A stretch of DNA of 64,000 nucleotides from Phoronis australis (taxonomy: Eukaryota > Animalia > Phoronida): NCBI GenBank assembly GCA_002633005.1, contig NMRA01000114.1, positions 58,724 to 122,723 on the forward strand, read 5' to 3'. The position numbers and the translations under genes are program-made. This document shows positions 22,426 to 37,400 of this stretch, in pieces; within the stretch, counting starts at the first letter, position 1; every line of letters starts with the position of its first letter. The notes beneath the pieces were generated by a model that saw only the letters and a list, made by a program, of their open reading frames with translations, searched no databases and was not told the DNA's origin.

Positions 22426-25400
22426 ATGACTGATATTTTGGTGAGGTGGCTGAACGATGAAGTCAAACTTTCTAAAAAGATTGGTGAGTTTGTGTCCCTT
22501 GCATATTTCTTTAAATTGTTTCTTTTGCTCTTCGTCCATGGGGTCCAGGATCTCCAAACTGTTACTGTTCGCTCGGGTCTCAGACTTGCTGCAGGATTCG
22601 AGTAGAAAGGTTTCATTTTCACAATGTTTGGCATGCAGCTGACTATTTTCGTACTCCTACATCTGCAATATTCCCCCTTTTCTTACGGAACAGGTGTGCC
22701 ACCAGGAAGGTGAACACCAGGGTTATCTCGCATACAGGTCTTCAACTTACGTTGTAGGATGGTTGTAGGCAATGACCATCGCCTCTGTTGGCACGAACCA
22801 GAGGCGATGCAGCTCCTATCGGCGCTCTGTACGCCGGAAGCTTTTCGGCAAATTATGCCTCGCACCGACTAAAGCATCAAAGTCACGCTGTTATAAATAC
22901 CTTTTGCGTATAGAGGGACACCTTAGGAGGTTGGCGGTGTGTTTAATTCCTTCCAACTCGAACAAATACTTCCGTTATCAAACTTTTTGAATCATGGACG
23001 CCCTGGATTATTGGGAACCCTCTTTTCGAAATAGCCTGCAATCAGAGCTGTGTTGTTCATACTCCTATAACTCTTTTCTGATGTAGTATGTAGTATGACA
23101 AAAAGATACAATTTGCAAAATAAACCAGTTAAGGTCAGTGAAACAGGAACATGTTCCCTCTGTCATGTGGGGTTGAGTCCTACGCATTATACATTCAAGC
23201 GGTTTCCGTGAAGATTCAATTCTCATCTTAACGCCAGTATGCTATGCTTTCAGACCAGAATGCATTTGCCAAAGAGTTTGCCACTGGTTACCTACTGGGA
23301 GAGGTGCTCCATCTGTATCAGATGCAGGATGATTTTGACCAATTTTCACAGAGCAAGTAAGTATACAACCAGTAGCTACACAGGGGACTTTCTGTGAGGT
23401 GTTACTACCATATCTAAAGCCATTGGTTGTCTTTAAAAACTAAGTTGTAGTGCATTAGATTCATATTTTGGTAACACTGACGGAAGGTTCTTGTTGATAG
23501 AGAATCACTATTGCGCGTATTAGTGTAAACAATCTCAATAATTCAATGTGCCAGAGCTATTTCATTCAATGACTGGTTTTGGTGACACCTAATGTGGGGA
23601 AAGTAGGAGTTGATACCCTACCAGAGTAAGGTATTGAATGCAAAGTCAACACTAGTTAATGTGCGAGAGTTATTAGATGTACTTTCTACCTATATCTTCA
23701 TTGTGGTCTTTAAAATGCCTTGTCTACTACTACTTGTAATGAGTGGACTTTGGACTATTCTGTGTTTGTCACATGATATTTGCCTCCACCTTCCAGGACG
23801 GCTGACTCCAAACTCAACAATTTCACCCGGCTTGAACCCAAATTACATCTGTTGGGGGTGCCGTTCGATACAAACGTCGCCCGTGGGATCATGACGGAGG
23901 AGCAGGGTGTGGCTACAACTCTACTCTACCAGATGTTCATTGCCATCAACAAGAAGATCAAGGCCAATCTCACCTCGACTGCCATGGAAACAATGAGGCC
24001 AGCGGCCCCAGTGAAATTGGAAGGCATTGAAAGTTACATTTACAGAGAGGTGAGACTAATAGATCTATGTCAGAGTGTTATAGCCAATTGTAACAAGTGA
24101 ACTTATTTTGACATTTCAATGTGAGTTCATTGTTTTTCTGTTATCAGGTGTGAAGTTGACCACAACTTTGTCTATAGTGTACAACACTTTTATGTATAAG
24201 TCAGAATGCATGTCATACAGGCAGAATGAAATTCTAGCAGTTGTGCAAACTCACCTGAATGTCTTTTTGCTTGCTTGAGAAGTTTCGTGGCCAGCGTGCT
24301 ATTTTTGCGTTTTCTTTTTCCTATCAAAAGTCTCACTACCTACTTTCACTTGCAGTTGGATGGAAAGTCTGGTCAAGCATAAATGCAAAATTAGATTTCT
24401 TTCTGTCACATGACCGGCCCCAAAGTATGTGTCTGGCTCAAGACAGCATCAATCTCGACTAAAACTCTGGTGATGAATTGAAAACACAAACAATTCTTGT
24501 CTCTAATGCAATCATGCCACTCATTGTGAAATGTCAAAAAATAAAACATACCTACACGCCTACCAGTTTCTGAGGGGAAAAGGCGGAGCAAGGATAAACA
24601 AAACTGTATTGATTAGCAACTTAATTATATCTTTTTATAGAGACTGAAGCGTTTGACGCCTAGACAGACGGATGACAATCTCAAGTCTCTCATTGGAAGG
24701 TTCCACGAGAAACAGGTACAGATGGAGAGCATTGCATTCAAACAGAGATTTGAAGAGCAGGAGAGACTTCGTGAAGAGAAACAGGCGCAGAGACAGGCTT
24801 TGATTGATAGGTCTAGGCAGGCCCGTGCACGGCAGACAGAAGTCATGGCCAAGATCCAGTGAGTTGAACTTTGACCCAGAGTCTGATATCTGATGCCAGG
24901 AAAAGCACTGAGGGTGGCAGTATATAAGACATAGACTTTAAGAAAGGGGTGTTCAAGGAATGCGGAATCAACATATAGGAGAATGGACCTTAGGTGGATC
25001 TAAGGGGCTTCATGAGTTGCTTAAGCATTTCCATGAGCTAACTGAGAAATGCCTACACCCTAATTAAAGAAGAGATCATCACTTGCCTCCAATCAAATCA
25101 CCTTTGGATGAAAAATTAAATATGAACACTCTTTTGAAATGGTGATATCTAGTTCATGTGGTGCAGGCATTTAGGCAGACTTGGTTAATACTTAAATGAC
25201 TTCCTTCCTAGGGTCTTGCCCTTCATGAAATGTTGCTGAATAACTTTGCCATCTTTACAAGGATATGCATCAACTTCAAACCGAATACAGTGGGCTCTGA
25301 CGATGACGCTTAAAATTGAGGTCCCGCTGCCGTCTTAATAATAACCGAAAATGTGGTTATAATTGATTGAAATAACTTATTATATCAATTAAGCATTATA

Positions 25401-28400
25401 GTGTGTTAAAGGATTTTGTTACGAAGGGCATTGTACTATTACCTTTCGCATGGTATGTTGTTAGCTTTGGCAATGTAATAGTGGGACTGATCTTCATTCA
25501 CATATTGTTATTCTAGGGCGGCCCAAGTTCACATTCCCAAGCCCCCACCTAGCCACACAATAAAAGCCATGGCAGCCCGCAAAGAAGCTAGACAAAGGCT
25601 TGAAGCTGAGGTGAGTCGGATTTACTGGCAAACCCTGTTGAGAACTTAATACATTGTTGTGCCTTAATTGCTGCATGTACGTTAAAATCTGACTGATTTT
25701 GCACAAGAATAATTATAACAGAAATGGAAATTTTTTCAAAAGGCTTCTAATGTTTGTGAATGTCTGATGGTGCCAAGCTCTAGCAGAGATTGTGCAAACA
25801 GTTTTCATTTTGTTTATGATAAAATGAGAAAATCAAAATTTTTCTTCACTTCTATATCATGTCCCAAATAATTGTACTGTAGTCGATGCTATTTGTTTTA
25901 ATCCAGACCTCATTTTTGGTCTGGAGTAGTGTCCTCTGCCATATGCTGATCAATGTAGACCATGGTGTTTCCATGTCACATCTTTGTAGTTATTGTCAAT
26001 GAATAAACACATTTTTCTCCGTTATATTATCCTCAAGTAATCATTAGCTTAATGAACTTTTTGTGTCTGTAACTCATTCATTTGTAGGGACACCCTATTA
26101 TCTTAACCATCAATGAACCAGTGTTCCAACTAAAAAATGAACTTTTGATTTAGACCACTTGCCTCTGACTGTTCAATTGGTCTCAACATGTTCCTTACTC
26201 ATGTGAGAAGTGACTTTTGGTTTTGCGAAGAACTGACAAGTCGTTATTGCTTCTTGAGACTATGTCATGTGAATGACCTGAAACTTTGTAACAAGTTAAC
26301 TTGTAAAGTTTGTTCTCAACCAGCAATGAAATGTCAATTCTTTTCAGACCTAAAATCACATCTATTTTGACTTAATGAACAATTTGAGACCAATTTCATG
26401 CCAGTGAGTGGTCTTAATCAGCAGTTGGTCGACAAGTGTATATAGTCTCGTTACACTTTACTTGAGACATTAACGTAATTGTCAAAAAATAATTAGATTT
26501 TGCTAGTATCAAATATAAATCAATGAAATGCAAGTTCTTTCATTGAGATGTAAAAACTCGAATGGGGCCTTTATTCAAGGATAAGACTGGTGTTTAAAGC
26601 ATTGTCTGGGCAATGTATGTACTAGTTACATTTATTATGGGTGGGAAGTTGGTCAAGAAAATATGATTACAGCAACTTGATTCTTAAATTTTGAGAACTG
26701 ATATCAATTATTTCCACTGAGATTTAGTCTTGACTATCTGTACTAGAGCACGGACTTCGAACGCAGACAACGTATCAGTGAGGTATTATTGTATCCCCCT
26801 GTAAACAGAATGTAACTGCATACCCGCGTGTATTATCCCCCACATTGATGAGATTATTCCTTGTAAGAACTTGTAGCCTTAATTAGCTGACATGTTCTCT
26901 TGTTGATACCGTCTCGTCCATCACAACTGAGTGTTCCACACCCTCATTCTGAATGTAATGTTTGTGTGGATGTGAAACGTAAAATTTTCCCACCTTAATC
27001 CGTGATACAAACACCCCACAGTAAGTCCCACCTGATCAACATGTTTCCTTGAATGACCATTTTGTGTAATCTTTACTGAAATGGTGTCACACCATTTGAT
27101 CATAGAACCCTGATACTAATTTCCACTGCAATGAAGTTAACGCAGCCAGTTTTGGGGATGGAACAAAATCAGATAAACATGAGACTGCTTTTAGTGCTAA
27201 CTGATTGCACTGAAAGTCAGTCTTTCATTGCTTTTGAATGCAAGTGCAGCTAAATCAATCTTTAAGAAATTGACAGGATTTGCTGTGTGACCTTTGAACC
27301 CACTAACATGGTCTTGTCCGACCTCTCATTTTACCCCACGATGTTTTCTATAGAAGAAGCAGATATTTTAACTGGTGTTCGGATTTCTTTCACTTTGATG
27401 TTCCTAAAGCAAGAGGTTGGAAATGGACCTGTACCATAGAGTTGTTCAGTTGTTTAAAGATAATTGGGTGGTTAATTGGTATTTTATGGTTTCTCACTTT
27501 AACGAATCCTTATACTGAAATGAATTTGTCTGATATGTCGAAATTAAACAGCTAAAAAGGAAAAACAGAAATTTACAAATGATACTAGTGTCTGTGCATT
27601 TATTTCTGTTTCAAAACATGCCTCCCATTTCAGCAAACTCGTCTAGCTCTGGAAAAGTTTGAGGAGAGGATGAAGACCATCTTGCCTCCGTCCAAACCAT
27701 TTGGTGTGGAGGAGGAGGAGGATGATGGGTGAGTCTGCTGCCATATTGTTCTTGATTATTCTCTTTTTCTGACCACAAGGACGTCAAAGGTCTGTGATGT
27801 TCCTCTCTGTTCAGTTACGACCACTTATAGTCAAGGTGTACTGTTCTACGTGCAGGTTTTGATCGATTAAGTTGTCCATCATTGTATGAGTGAGAAACTC
27901 TGTTATGGAAAGTGAGAACATTGTCATTTATTCTTGTGAAGTGTGTTTGTGAGTATTTCAAGATGCTGCCGTTAAACTGACTGTAACTTTGCTGTGCTGC
28001 TGTTATTAGTATAGTTATTCCTTTGTTGATCAACTGTGTAGGGAAATCCATAGTGTGTTCATCGTGTTGTTCGAGGAGTATATCTATAATCATGAAGTGG
28101 ATGGCTATGAGGTAACAAAAATGGTAGAATGTACTTCCATTTGGTATTGAATTGGCTGCCATTATGAGTGGTGGGCATTGGAAACTGTCATCTTGGAGCA
28201 TTGCAACACAACCTATCCATCATCTTGTGAACAACATGCTAAGAGGTTAAGAAAATGTCCTTCACAAATTCGAAGAAGGAACAATTATGGAACGTAGTTT
28301 TTAATTCCAGAAAGTTTTCTTTCAGTGTCCTAGAGGAGGAGGAGGAAGAGAAAGAGGCCTTGCCGATGAACCCTCTGGACTTGATCAAGCCCAGCTCCAA

Positions 28401-31400
28401 CGATGACTACATTGGCAAGATCAGAAAGAGGCTGAATGAGGATGCGGCAGCACGGGCAGAGCGGGAGAAACGTCGACGAAAGGTGTTAGTGGATCAGATG
28501 AAAGCTCACGAGGCACAGGAGGTAAGGACATCTGTTGGTGAGTTTAGGTAGCTTGGTTCTTCGACTGTTTATTGTTGACTGTTGTTGGAAGTTGTGAGTG
28601 AGTTTAGAGTATGTGCAAGTTCTAGTTGTTTTTATGCAATCGCTCTTGTTCAAGATATTTGCATAAAACTTAGAGCCAAAATTCTTTGTTATCATAAATC
28701 GGGATACCATCCGGTAGTAGGAACATGTAACACAGTCACGTATCACTGTTAGTAAAGAGATCATCTTATTTTTGTTCGCTGTAAACAGGAAGCGAGACGC
28801 GAAGAAATGTTGGTGAATCGGCTGATGCGCCAGTCACAGCAGGAGCGTAGGATTGCAGTGCAGCTACTGCAGGCGAGGCAGGAGAAAGAGGTCATACGAC
28901 GGAACAGGCTACTGCGGGAGAAACAGTATGAAGAGAGGAGATTGAAGGACTTTGAGGAAGCCCTTAACAGGGAGTCTGTAAGTGAATGATGAGGGTAGTT
29001 GGTGTGAGGACAGGGTCTTTAAATTGTTATATTGGGAGAGAGAAAGTACTAAGAGTACTTGTAGGACTTCTGGGTTCTGGGTTGAGATCCTTTTTTGAGA
29101 TGTGAAATCTCGAATTTGCAGTAATTATGTTTGTAGCTCAGATCTCGAAGTCGGGACTCGTCTGTGTAAGTCATTTAATGTTCTTGAGCATTACGTCGAA
29201 GACATTTGGCTTAAGTTCATAGTTAGTAGGATACAAAATTAAGTATTAATTAAAAACTGTTAGATGTCTAGTACTCATGGTTTATCTGTATTACACTTCA
29301 AAATTAGATAGAATCCAGTTCAGATATAAGCAAAGCATCGAGCTGGGGCTGTGCCTTGTATTTCACTTAAACAATGCTCCAGAGTGTTCTTTACATTCTT
29401 GGAATTAGTTGTGATTTTTGGTGCGTACAAAGTCCCATTAAGGATATGAATTGCATTTCACTGAATGCTGTAACTACGAAAAAGCTATGCATTACAGCTG
29501 TACAGTTTATGGAATTTTGGCGAATGCGTGGACATGTGGAGGTAATCCTCCTTTTGATATTGAAGTACTCGTGAACTATGGTGCAGCTAAGGTCTGTCAA
29601 ATCTTCAGTTTCTGTCCGTGGTTACCCCCAGGAAATGGCACGTCTAGCTAAGCTGGAGTACCTTGAGCAGACCAAGATGGACCGAGAGCTGCACGACCAG
29701 ATCGCGGCGCAGAGAGCGGAGGCACGTTATCGTCGACACTACGACATGTGCGGCGACATTCTAACACAGATACTTGACTTCACCACCAAGATTGGAGAAT
29801 ATCGCGAGCTGACCAACAGGTGGGGACACTGGGCTAAAGGATAACAGATACAGTTTAATTTTAAATGGCCATAGATTTTTGCTGAATGAAACAAAACAAA
29901 CACTGGGGTTATGACTTTTAAACTTCACTCAAGAATGACTCAAAGCTTATAACAAATTACATGTCCAGTGTCGATGTGCAATGTGATTGGTCTATTTTAG
30001 AATCACTATTATTAAGAACATTTGGTTTTCTGAAGTTCACAGTATCTGTAGATACGATTAGGCATGGCATTGTATGTGACAAGTTCCTGGACATCTTGAT
30101 TGTTTCTATCTGTCAGGAGCTGTGTAAAGCTGTTGTCTATGATAAACTCAAAAGGTTCAGATGTAATTCACCCTCCCCTCTGTGAAGAACCTTACCTTTG
30201 ATTTGGACTGTTTATGGTCATAACATTGGTCTTGGCTTGTTCCTTACTTAGATTGGATGGGTTTTGTTGGTGTGAGATAACTGGCAGTTTCCCGCTGCTT
30301 GAGATCAGGATCTGAATAAGCTGGTTTTGCCGGCTTGTGGATCATTTTACATAATACCAAACTCAATCCTGTGCAACTACAGACTTTCAACTCTACCCCC
30401 TAACCCCAGAAATCAAATCTAATCTTAGACAAGATCTTTAACTGAGATCAGTTTAATAATGATGGTTAGTTGTGAAAAGTTATTCTTCAAATTTGCCTAA
30501 AGCCTTTTCAGTGTTGGTGTTAGTGCATGTCCCTTTTATGTTATGCGTTGAAATCGAAAGGGAAGCAAAATCCAGTGAGCCGTTGCATATCAGATAAATT
30601 GAAAGAGGATTCCATGAAATTGAAAAGGACTCAAATTTTTAGTGCTCAGAATCTTGCGACTGAAAATTTTGAAATCCTAGTTCCAGCACTACTAGTTGAA
30701 ACCTCAAGCTATACCCTTATTTGATTTGACAGGTTGCTTCCACCTAAGTTGATGCGAGAGTGGACAGACTTGTTTCTGGCAGGTAAACCTCTCTATGATG
30801 AGCCGTTGGTCATTTCGGAGACTGAAGTGACCGAGGAAGGACTGACCCCAGCACAGGTGCTAGAGAAGGAAAGGCAAGAACTGTTGAACGAGGGCGACTT
30901 TATGGAGTACAAGGTGTGTGAACAGGGTGAAATATGGGTCATAGGGGTGACGACTGCGGGGGCCATTGTGATGTGAGACTCTAGCAGAGTTAGTGTGACA
31001 GTGTCAGAGCGAGAGTAACTTGGAGTCACGAATGATATTGCATGACTCATTCAAGCTTATCATTCACAGTCACCTCTGTTGCCCAGCCTTCAAACACAAG
31101 AAGATAATCATATTAATGTAAGGTAGCAATGTCTTCGATTTGTGCTACTCGAATCCCAACTGGTATGGATCATTCGAAATGGTGGGTTAGGAAATGGGCC
31201 TTAGTAGCTTATGTATAATAGCTTGCAGTTACTTACTGGACAATATGCACTTCAATGTGAATGTTCGATATGTTATTTAGTTAGTTGTGTTATTCTATTG
31301 ACTGTAATGGAAAGGAAAGCACTCATGATGATAGTTGATTTGAAACATTATTCATTCTCAAATCATTAGAACATTACTTTCATTGCCTTCAACTTTTTGG

Positions 31401-34400
31401 CATTTACACCTGGACAATGTTAAAATACTGCATCCTTGGTGATGGATAATTCAACAAAAATGCGTAATCACCTTTACTAACTTCTTTTTCATTACCCTTC
31501 ATTCTCCGTTATGAGGGACGACTGCTATTACGGAGAATTTGGCTTCTGCGCAGCTGTCATGATGGCGAATTCTGGGTCATTTTGTTTGAATACTTTTGGT
31601 TTGCACTGTATACACCAAATAAATGGTTTACTAGGTGTCACTTTCAAGAAGTATGGAGTGCAGTATAAATGATATTTTGTTATGCAGTATTGATTGGATC
31701 TGGTAATTACCTCTTCTAGAATATGATTGGTGAATGGCTGCCACCAGAAGGCTGTGAAGTAACAGGACCTCCCAGAAGTAACCCCATCGTTGGTCACATT
31801 GTACAGAGGCTTCTGAATATCGTGCACCCTCCCTCTGTAAGTTATCGTAAACTTATTTTGTTTTGAATTGCTGACATTTGGCTGAATAGTGTGTCAAAAT
31901 AGAAAGCATGGACTTGATGAATTTGCTGCCGTGGGCCACAGACTGTTTGAAATTGTAAGTGGGAACATGCTTCTTGTAAAAGGTTTTGTGACAGTCACAT
32001 AACTACAAATCATAACTAAAGGATTAAATGAATAATTCCTTTAAATGGTTTGTGTAAATTATAAATTATTAAATAATAACCAGTTATTTAGTGGAGAGAT
32101 TTTGTTTTATGGAAGTATCATTTTGCTCATTATGAATTCAAAATCCTGACTGGTATTTTCGAAAATTTTATCAGAAGAGTTCAGTGAGATTTATTAAAGC
32201 TCAAATTGTTTTCAAGTCTTGCAATATAATATTAACCATGATTTCAATCTCTTTTCTCTCTTTTGCACTTCCCCTTATGTCCTTACATAGCGTGCATTTA
32301 GCATAGTAGGCTCCAAAGTAGTCGATAGCTTGATGCTCACATATTTTCTAGATTTACCTAAGGACTTTGATTCCATAGATCTACCTACAGAAGTGCATGA
32401 CTCCAGTTTCCTGGTGTGGTCCCGTACTCGCTTGTGTTGTTTCTGTATAGATTACGCATTCACCATGTTCCAGCCTCCCCCTGCACCACCAGAGTTCCCG
32501 CCATTCCCCATCAAGGCTTGCGTCCTGGGTAAAGTATTCAGTGGGAAGACGTCGTGTGTTGAAAGACTAGCCGAGGGTAAGTCTGACTGGTGAATGATGC
32601 TTCGTTAACAGGGCTGTTAAAATGGTAGCTCTAGAATGATATTAGGTCATGTAAGAAAAATACATGCATAATTAAATAAGGACAAAATTATTGAAAAGAT
32701 ATTATACACTACTCAGCTTCACACTTGTGCTCGTCTCATTCTTTTACAGTTTCCATCATTGTTTGAATTTAGCAGCTTTAATTATTGAATATTAAAGTCA
32801 TGTTTTGATTGCGGGTTTCTTGCTTCCATATTACTTTTTCATGTCTTGATCACTTTTCCAGCCATCGTTTACCTAACTTTTTTGCATTTTTGGAAAAGTT
32901 TGCTTAATTCAGTTAAAATTTTTGTACAAGACTCCTTGTCGATATAAAAGTGCTTGCCTTTAGACAGCGTTCTGTAGTTTACTGATGTTGTCTGTTTTGA
33001 AATCGTTGTTGCTCAAAAGGACATCCCTTGAAGGAGACAGCTGACAACTTGTTCTTGAACTTCAATGGTGTGTGACACTCCATGGTTTCAGTTTGTACTT
33101 AAAGCATTGTTAAACTTGTACTTTCTGTCAAATTGGTACAAGACTGGTCTCAAATATTTCCTTGATCAAAATAGGTGTTATTTCTCGGCTTAGAAAGTTT
33201 TGACTGTTTGTAATTATAACAAAAGTTTTTCAGCCCAACGAGACCTCACACTTTATGAGTTTGGTCCGGTGAAATAACACATTGTCAGTTCTTCTTGAGC
33301 TCAGGGATAACGTCTTAACTGAGTGTAAAAGAAGACAAGACCACTACAGTAATTGGTCTAGATCAAATCGTGTCTTTTTGACAGAAAGGATTGGTTTAAT
33401 ATTCTTTAAGGAAGACAGTTTAGATTAGGTAATAGTTTAATTAGACTGCAACATTACCCAGCCATTTGCACAAGTCAATGTGAAAATATCAGTTGAAACA
33501 GTTTAAATCTCCCCTATTTGACCTGGCTAGGTTGATATTGTGCAATATCAATTACAATTATAGTGTACACTATACCAGAATAGACAGTCTTCTTTATGCA
33601 TGCGTTGCATGAAACAAAATTAATGTTCTCATATTTCTCATGCACAAAACATCATTTCTTGCTAGCTGTGAGTACTTGTCTACTAAATTTTGTCACAAGC
33701 AGTGATTATTTCCTTCAAACAATTGCTTAAGATGAGAAATTGTTGTAGTGCATCAAAAAAGAATCATGATAGTAATTTTGGTTACAACATTTTTATTATT
33801 GTTTTTTCTCGTTCAAAAGTTTTGAAGCAAATTTTAAAAGCATCCTCTGTTAATTTTCAAATTATTTTCGTTTGACGTCATTCTGCTTTAACTTTTTACC
33901 ATTATAACTTTGACATAGCCAGACAAATTTCGTCGAAACTTTCTTGGAAACTACAGTATGTGAATTGTGGAAGAGGTGGATTTGCTACCCCTATGTGTGC
34001 CTTGTGGAAGACTGGAATTAACTCAGCAATATACTGATGGCTAAGAAATTACGCATTTTAATGCTATTTAAATGCTTTTGTGGCAGTATGACTTCGAAAT
34101 TTCTTTCTGAGCATAAAACTTCTATGTATAATTTGTATTCATGCAGCTACTATCCACCAATTACTTGTCCATGCAAAAAGAAATATTGTAAAATATTTAA
34201 TTTCCTTTTCAGCTCACCGATTACAAGTGTTGTCTGCTGATGTCCTGGTCAACGAAGCTATTGAAGCTTTCAACAATGGAGAGTTAGCTCCTGAGGTGAG
34301 AGCTCATGTGGTGACTCTGTTGTTGTAGTAACTCTTTGGTTATGTTGACTGTTGTTATGGTGACTCTGTAATTGTTATGGTGACTCTGTTGTCATGGTGG

Positions 34401-37400
34401 CTCTATTGTTATGGTGACTCTTGCTTGTATTTCACTTGAAATCACACTCGACAATATTTTTGACATTTTCCATTCTAATTGAATACAAATTAACTCGAGA
34501 AAATTGTTTATAATTCTGTGCTCGAGTTTATATGTTATCCTGTTTTGCACTTGATGACCCCAGCATTGAAACTCTAAGTTAGAGTCTGAACTCAAAATCT
34601 AAAGTTTGTACTCGAGTTTGTAACTAGAACTCAGGTGTGAAGTGTGAGTTCGTATTCAAGTAAAACGGAAAATGAAAAAAATTGAGTTCATTTCGATCAG
34701 TAAAACATTAAACCCTGGGCCCTCATCTAGAGTGCAGTTGTGCAGCAAAAAGTAGTATTGTCCCTCTTCAGTATAGTTTCAGGTGGTTCTTTTTGTTGCC
34801 TATTTGTGTTTTACTCTGTAATTAAATCTAATTGTGCATGAATTAGGTGGGTCTAAAATCATGGCCAATTTCAAAGTGAGATAAAACAAAAGTTAAGCAA
34901 TTTATTAAAGGCCTATTCATTCAATGTTCATTCTCACCACAGTTAACCATGATCAATACAGAAAACAAGAAATGATAATTTTTCCATGACCTGGTTATTT
35001 TTTAATATTTCGCAGTCGTAAAAAATTGAACTAACGTCTCCATTCTGTGAAGCGGGATGTCTCAAAGTAATAATAATTTTACCAATTGAAAGTGGGGCTC
35101 AATGTAACTTTAAAATCAAGCGGGTCAGCTTCTTGTGATTTATTGTAACTCATCTATAGGAGTCTGAGTTGGATGTGAAGCCTTCAGAGGAAGCGACAGT
35201 TCTTAAGGTGGCAGATGCTTCTGCTACATCAGTCACCCCGGAGATTGTGGTCAGTCAGACTGTTGCCGATGGCAACAACAACAAGGAGAGTGCTTCCCAG
35301 GAAAACAAGGTGGACGACAATAAGATGGCTGACAATAAAACAGTGGAGGAGATTGACAACACTGAGAAGAAAGATGTTGGCAATGAGAAAGGTAAGAATG
35401 GTGTTTGGTTTAGGTAAGCAGTGGTGGGTAGAAGGGTGGGGTTGCATTTTGGGGTTGTGACTCTTCAGGGCATAGCTGGTGTGGATTAGATGAGTTTGAT
35501 TTGCATGATGGGTCTGAGACGGTTGGAAATTCACTTTTGTTTGATCTCTGAACAAAAGTACAAGTTCCCTAATGCATGCTTACGCAATGACACCATAATA
35601 TTAAGTGTTCCCCATTGAGCTGACTGGTCATGTCTGTTATACCAAATGATGCCTCAATTATGTCGTGAACTATGTGTCTGCATGTTGGGTCTAAGAATTA
35701 TGACCTGGTGAGTTTTATGACCCCTTCTTAAATACTGTAACATCAGCTGGTGCTCTGTTGTGTAGGTGTGAGGAAACAGGATTGTAGCATGGGGTGAATG
35801 ACTGAAAACTAAATTGTTTGGCTTTTGTCAGTGTTTTGTAACACTCTGACTCAGTAAATTGTAGAGTCGGCTATTTCCACATTAGGTAAGTTTTGGACAG
35901 AGAGATATGTGCCGGCATCATATTATGTAAGATTCTACCTGGTTTCATAATTTATTAACTCTGATTTAATATCTAGTTGAGTGGCAATGCAGTAGTTACC
36001 AGCTGTGTTATAGTCTAGTTCTTTTCCAGTGAATTCTTATCCTCTTAAAATCTGATCAAATCACCCATTAAAGTCGGACTCGAATGGTGATCAGATCTTG
36101 GCTCAATCTTGGCTAAAATGTAGTGTCCTGCTAGAAATAATAATGATGTTCACCTTAAGTTTGTAAAATCATAATCTAATCACTGCCACTGATAACTCCT
36201 TACCTCCCTTGTTTTCTTCTGTTCCAGGGCCATCTCAACAGGACTTGTTGCCTCGTTCAAAGTCAGATGTTGCACCCGGATCACGCGGGAGTGTTGCTTC
36301 CTCTAAGAAGTCGTCCAAGAATAAGGGAACACCAAAACCACAGGTACATTGCCTGACAACCTTCTCATCACCCTCTCTCACCCTCATCCCTCCCCCAGAT
36401 CCTGAATCCGTCATTCTCTCCTTCTCAATTAGCGGCAGTTTTGAAGCATAAGCTTAGTGATGACTGTTAGTTACAAATTAAGATAGATGAAGATAAGGAC
36501 ACGCACAAAATTCATTAAGTCATTTCGTAGCCGAATTCAAAAGGCAAAAGAGCTTTCTAAGCTTACCATTAAGTGACTGGAAGAGGCTCTAAAAGGTCCT
36601 TTACATGCATAAAGCCAATCAGATAAAACGTTAGAACAAAATTTAAGAACATCATTGATGTGACAGTTTATATAATGTCAACAAATTTGTTTCAAATTTT
36701 AATTTTCTTGTGAAAATCCACCAGCGGCTTCCTGATTAACAGCTTTGAAGTAAATATTAGTAAAAATTCACTTCTTAAAATTCATTGTCCAACCAACATC
36801 ATTGCTTTCTAGCAACAAGTGCTGCTTGTACGACTCTCATTTAGGTTTAGTTTTGATTTGTGTAATTTTCATTTGGTTTACTCATAAGTTCATTCACGAC
36901 TGCATGTGGTTGTTGTAATTTGTGTTCATGAACCCTGCCCCTGCCCTTTGCCCCTATCCCAGCATTCAGCGGTGGTGGTGGTGGTGGTTGTTGTCACAGT
37001 GTACCCTGGTTCTAGTTTCCCTCATTCTAATGTTGCTACTGCTACTGCTTCTGCTACTAATTGGCTTACTCTGCATAACAGTAATCGATGAACGAGTCAG
37101 AATTTGTGTGTTCATGGTCATTGGGTTATTACATCATGGTCAAGATTCTCCAATTAAGGACACAGCTTCGAGGAAATTTCGAACTTTATTTTGTAACATT
37201 TGTCAAACAAGAACAAGTTATGAAGAACGCTTGAGTTCTTGTTAGTTTTTTGTGCCTCGTAAAATTTGGATCATTCAGAGGAATGTGGTAATTTTGCCCA
37301 GTAAAATTTGGGTCATTCTGAGGAATATAGTAAATATAAAGCTTAGTAAGACTTTGAAAAGGAAAAAGATGGTGAATTATTAGTAAATTCTTTGTCTGAA

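Noticed and set aside
22708-22716. Minus-strand TAACCCT resembling a telomerase RNA template
   Set aside because: Only 7 nt, with no pseudoknot or H/ACA domain evident.
36922-37245. Hydrophobic ORF with poly-W and poly-L
   Set aside because: It is the translation of (TGG)n and (CTACTG)n microsatellites.
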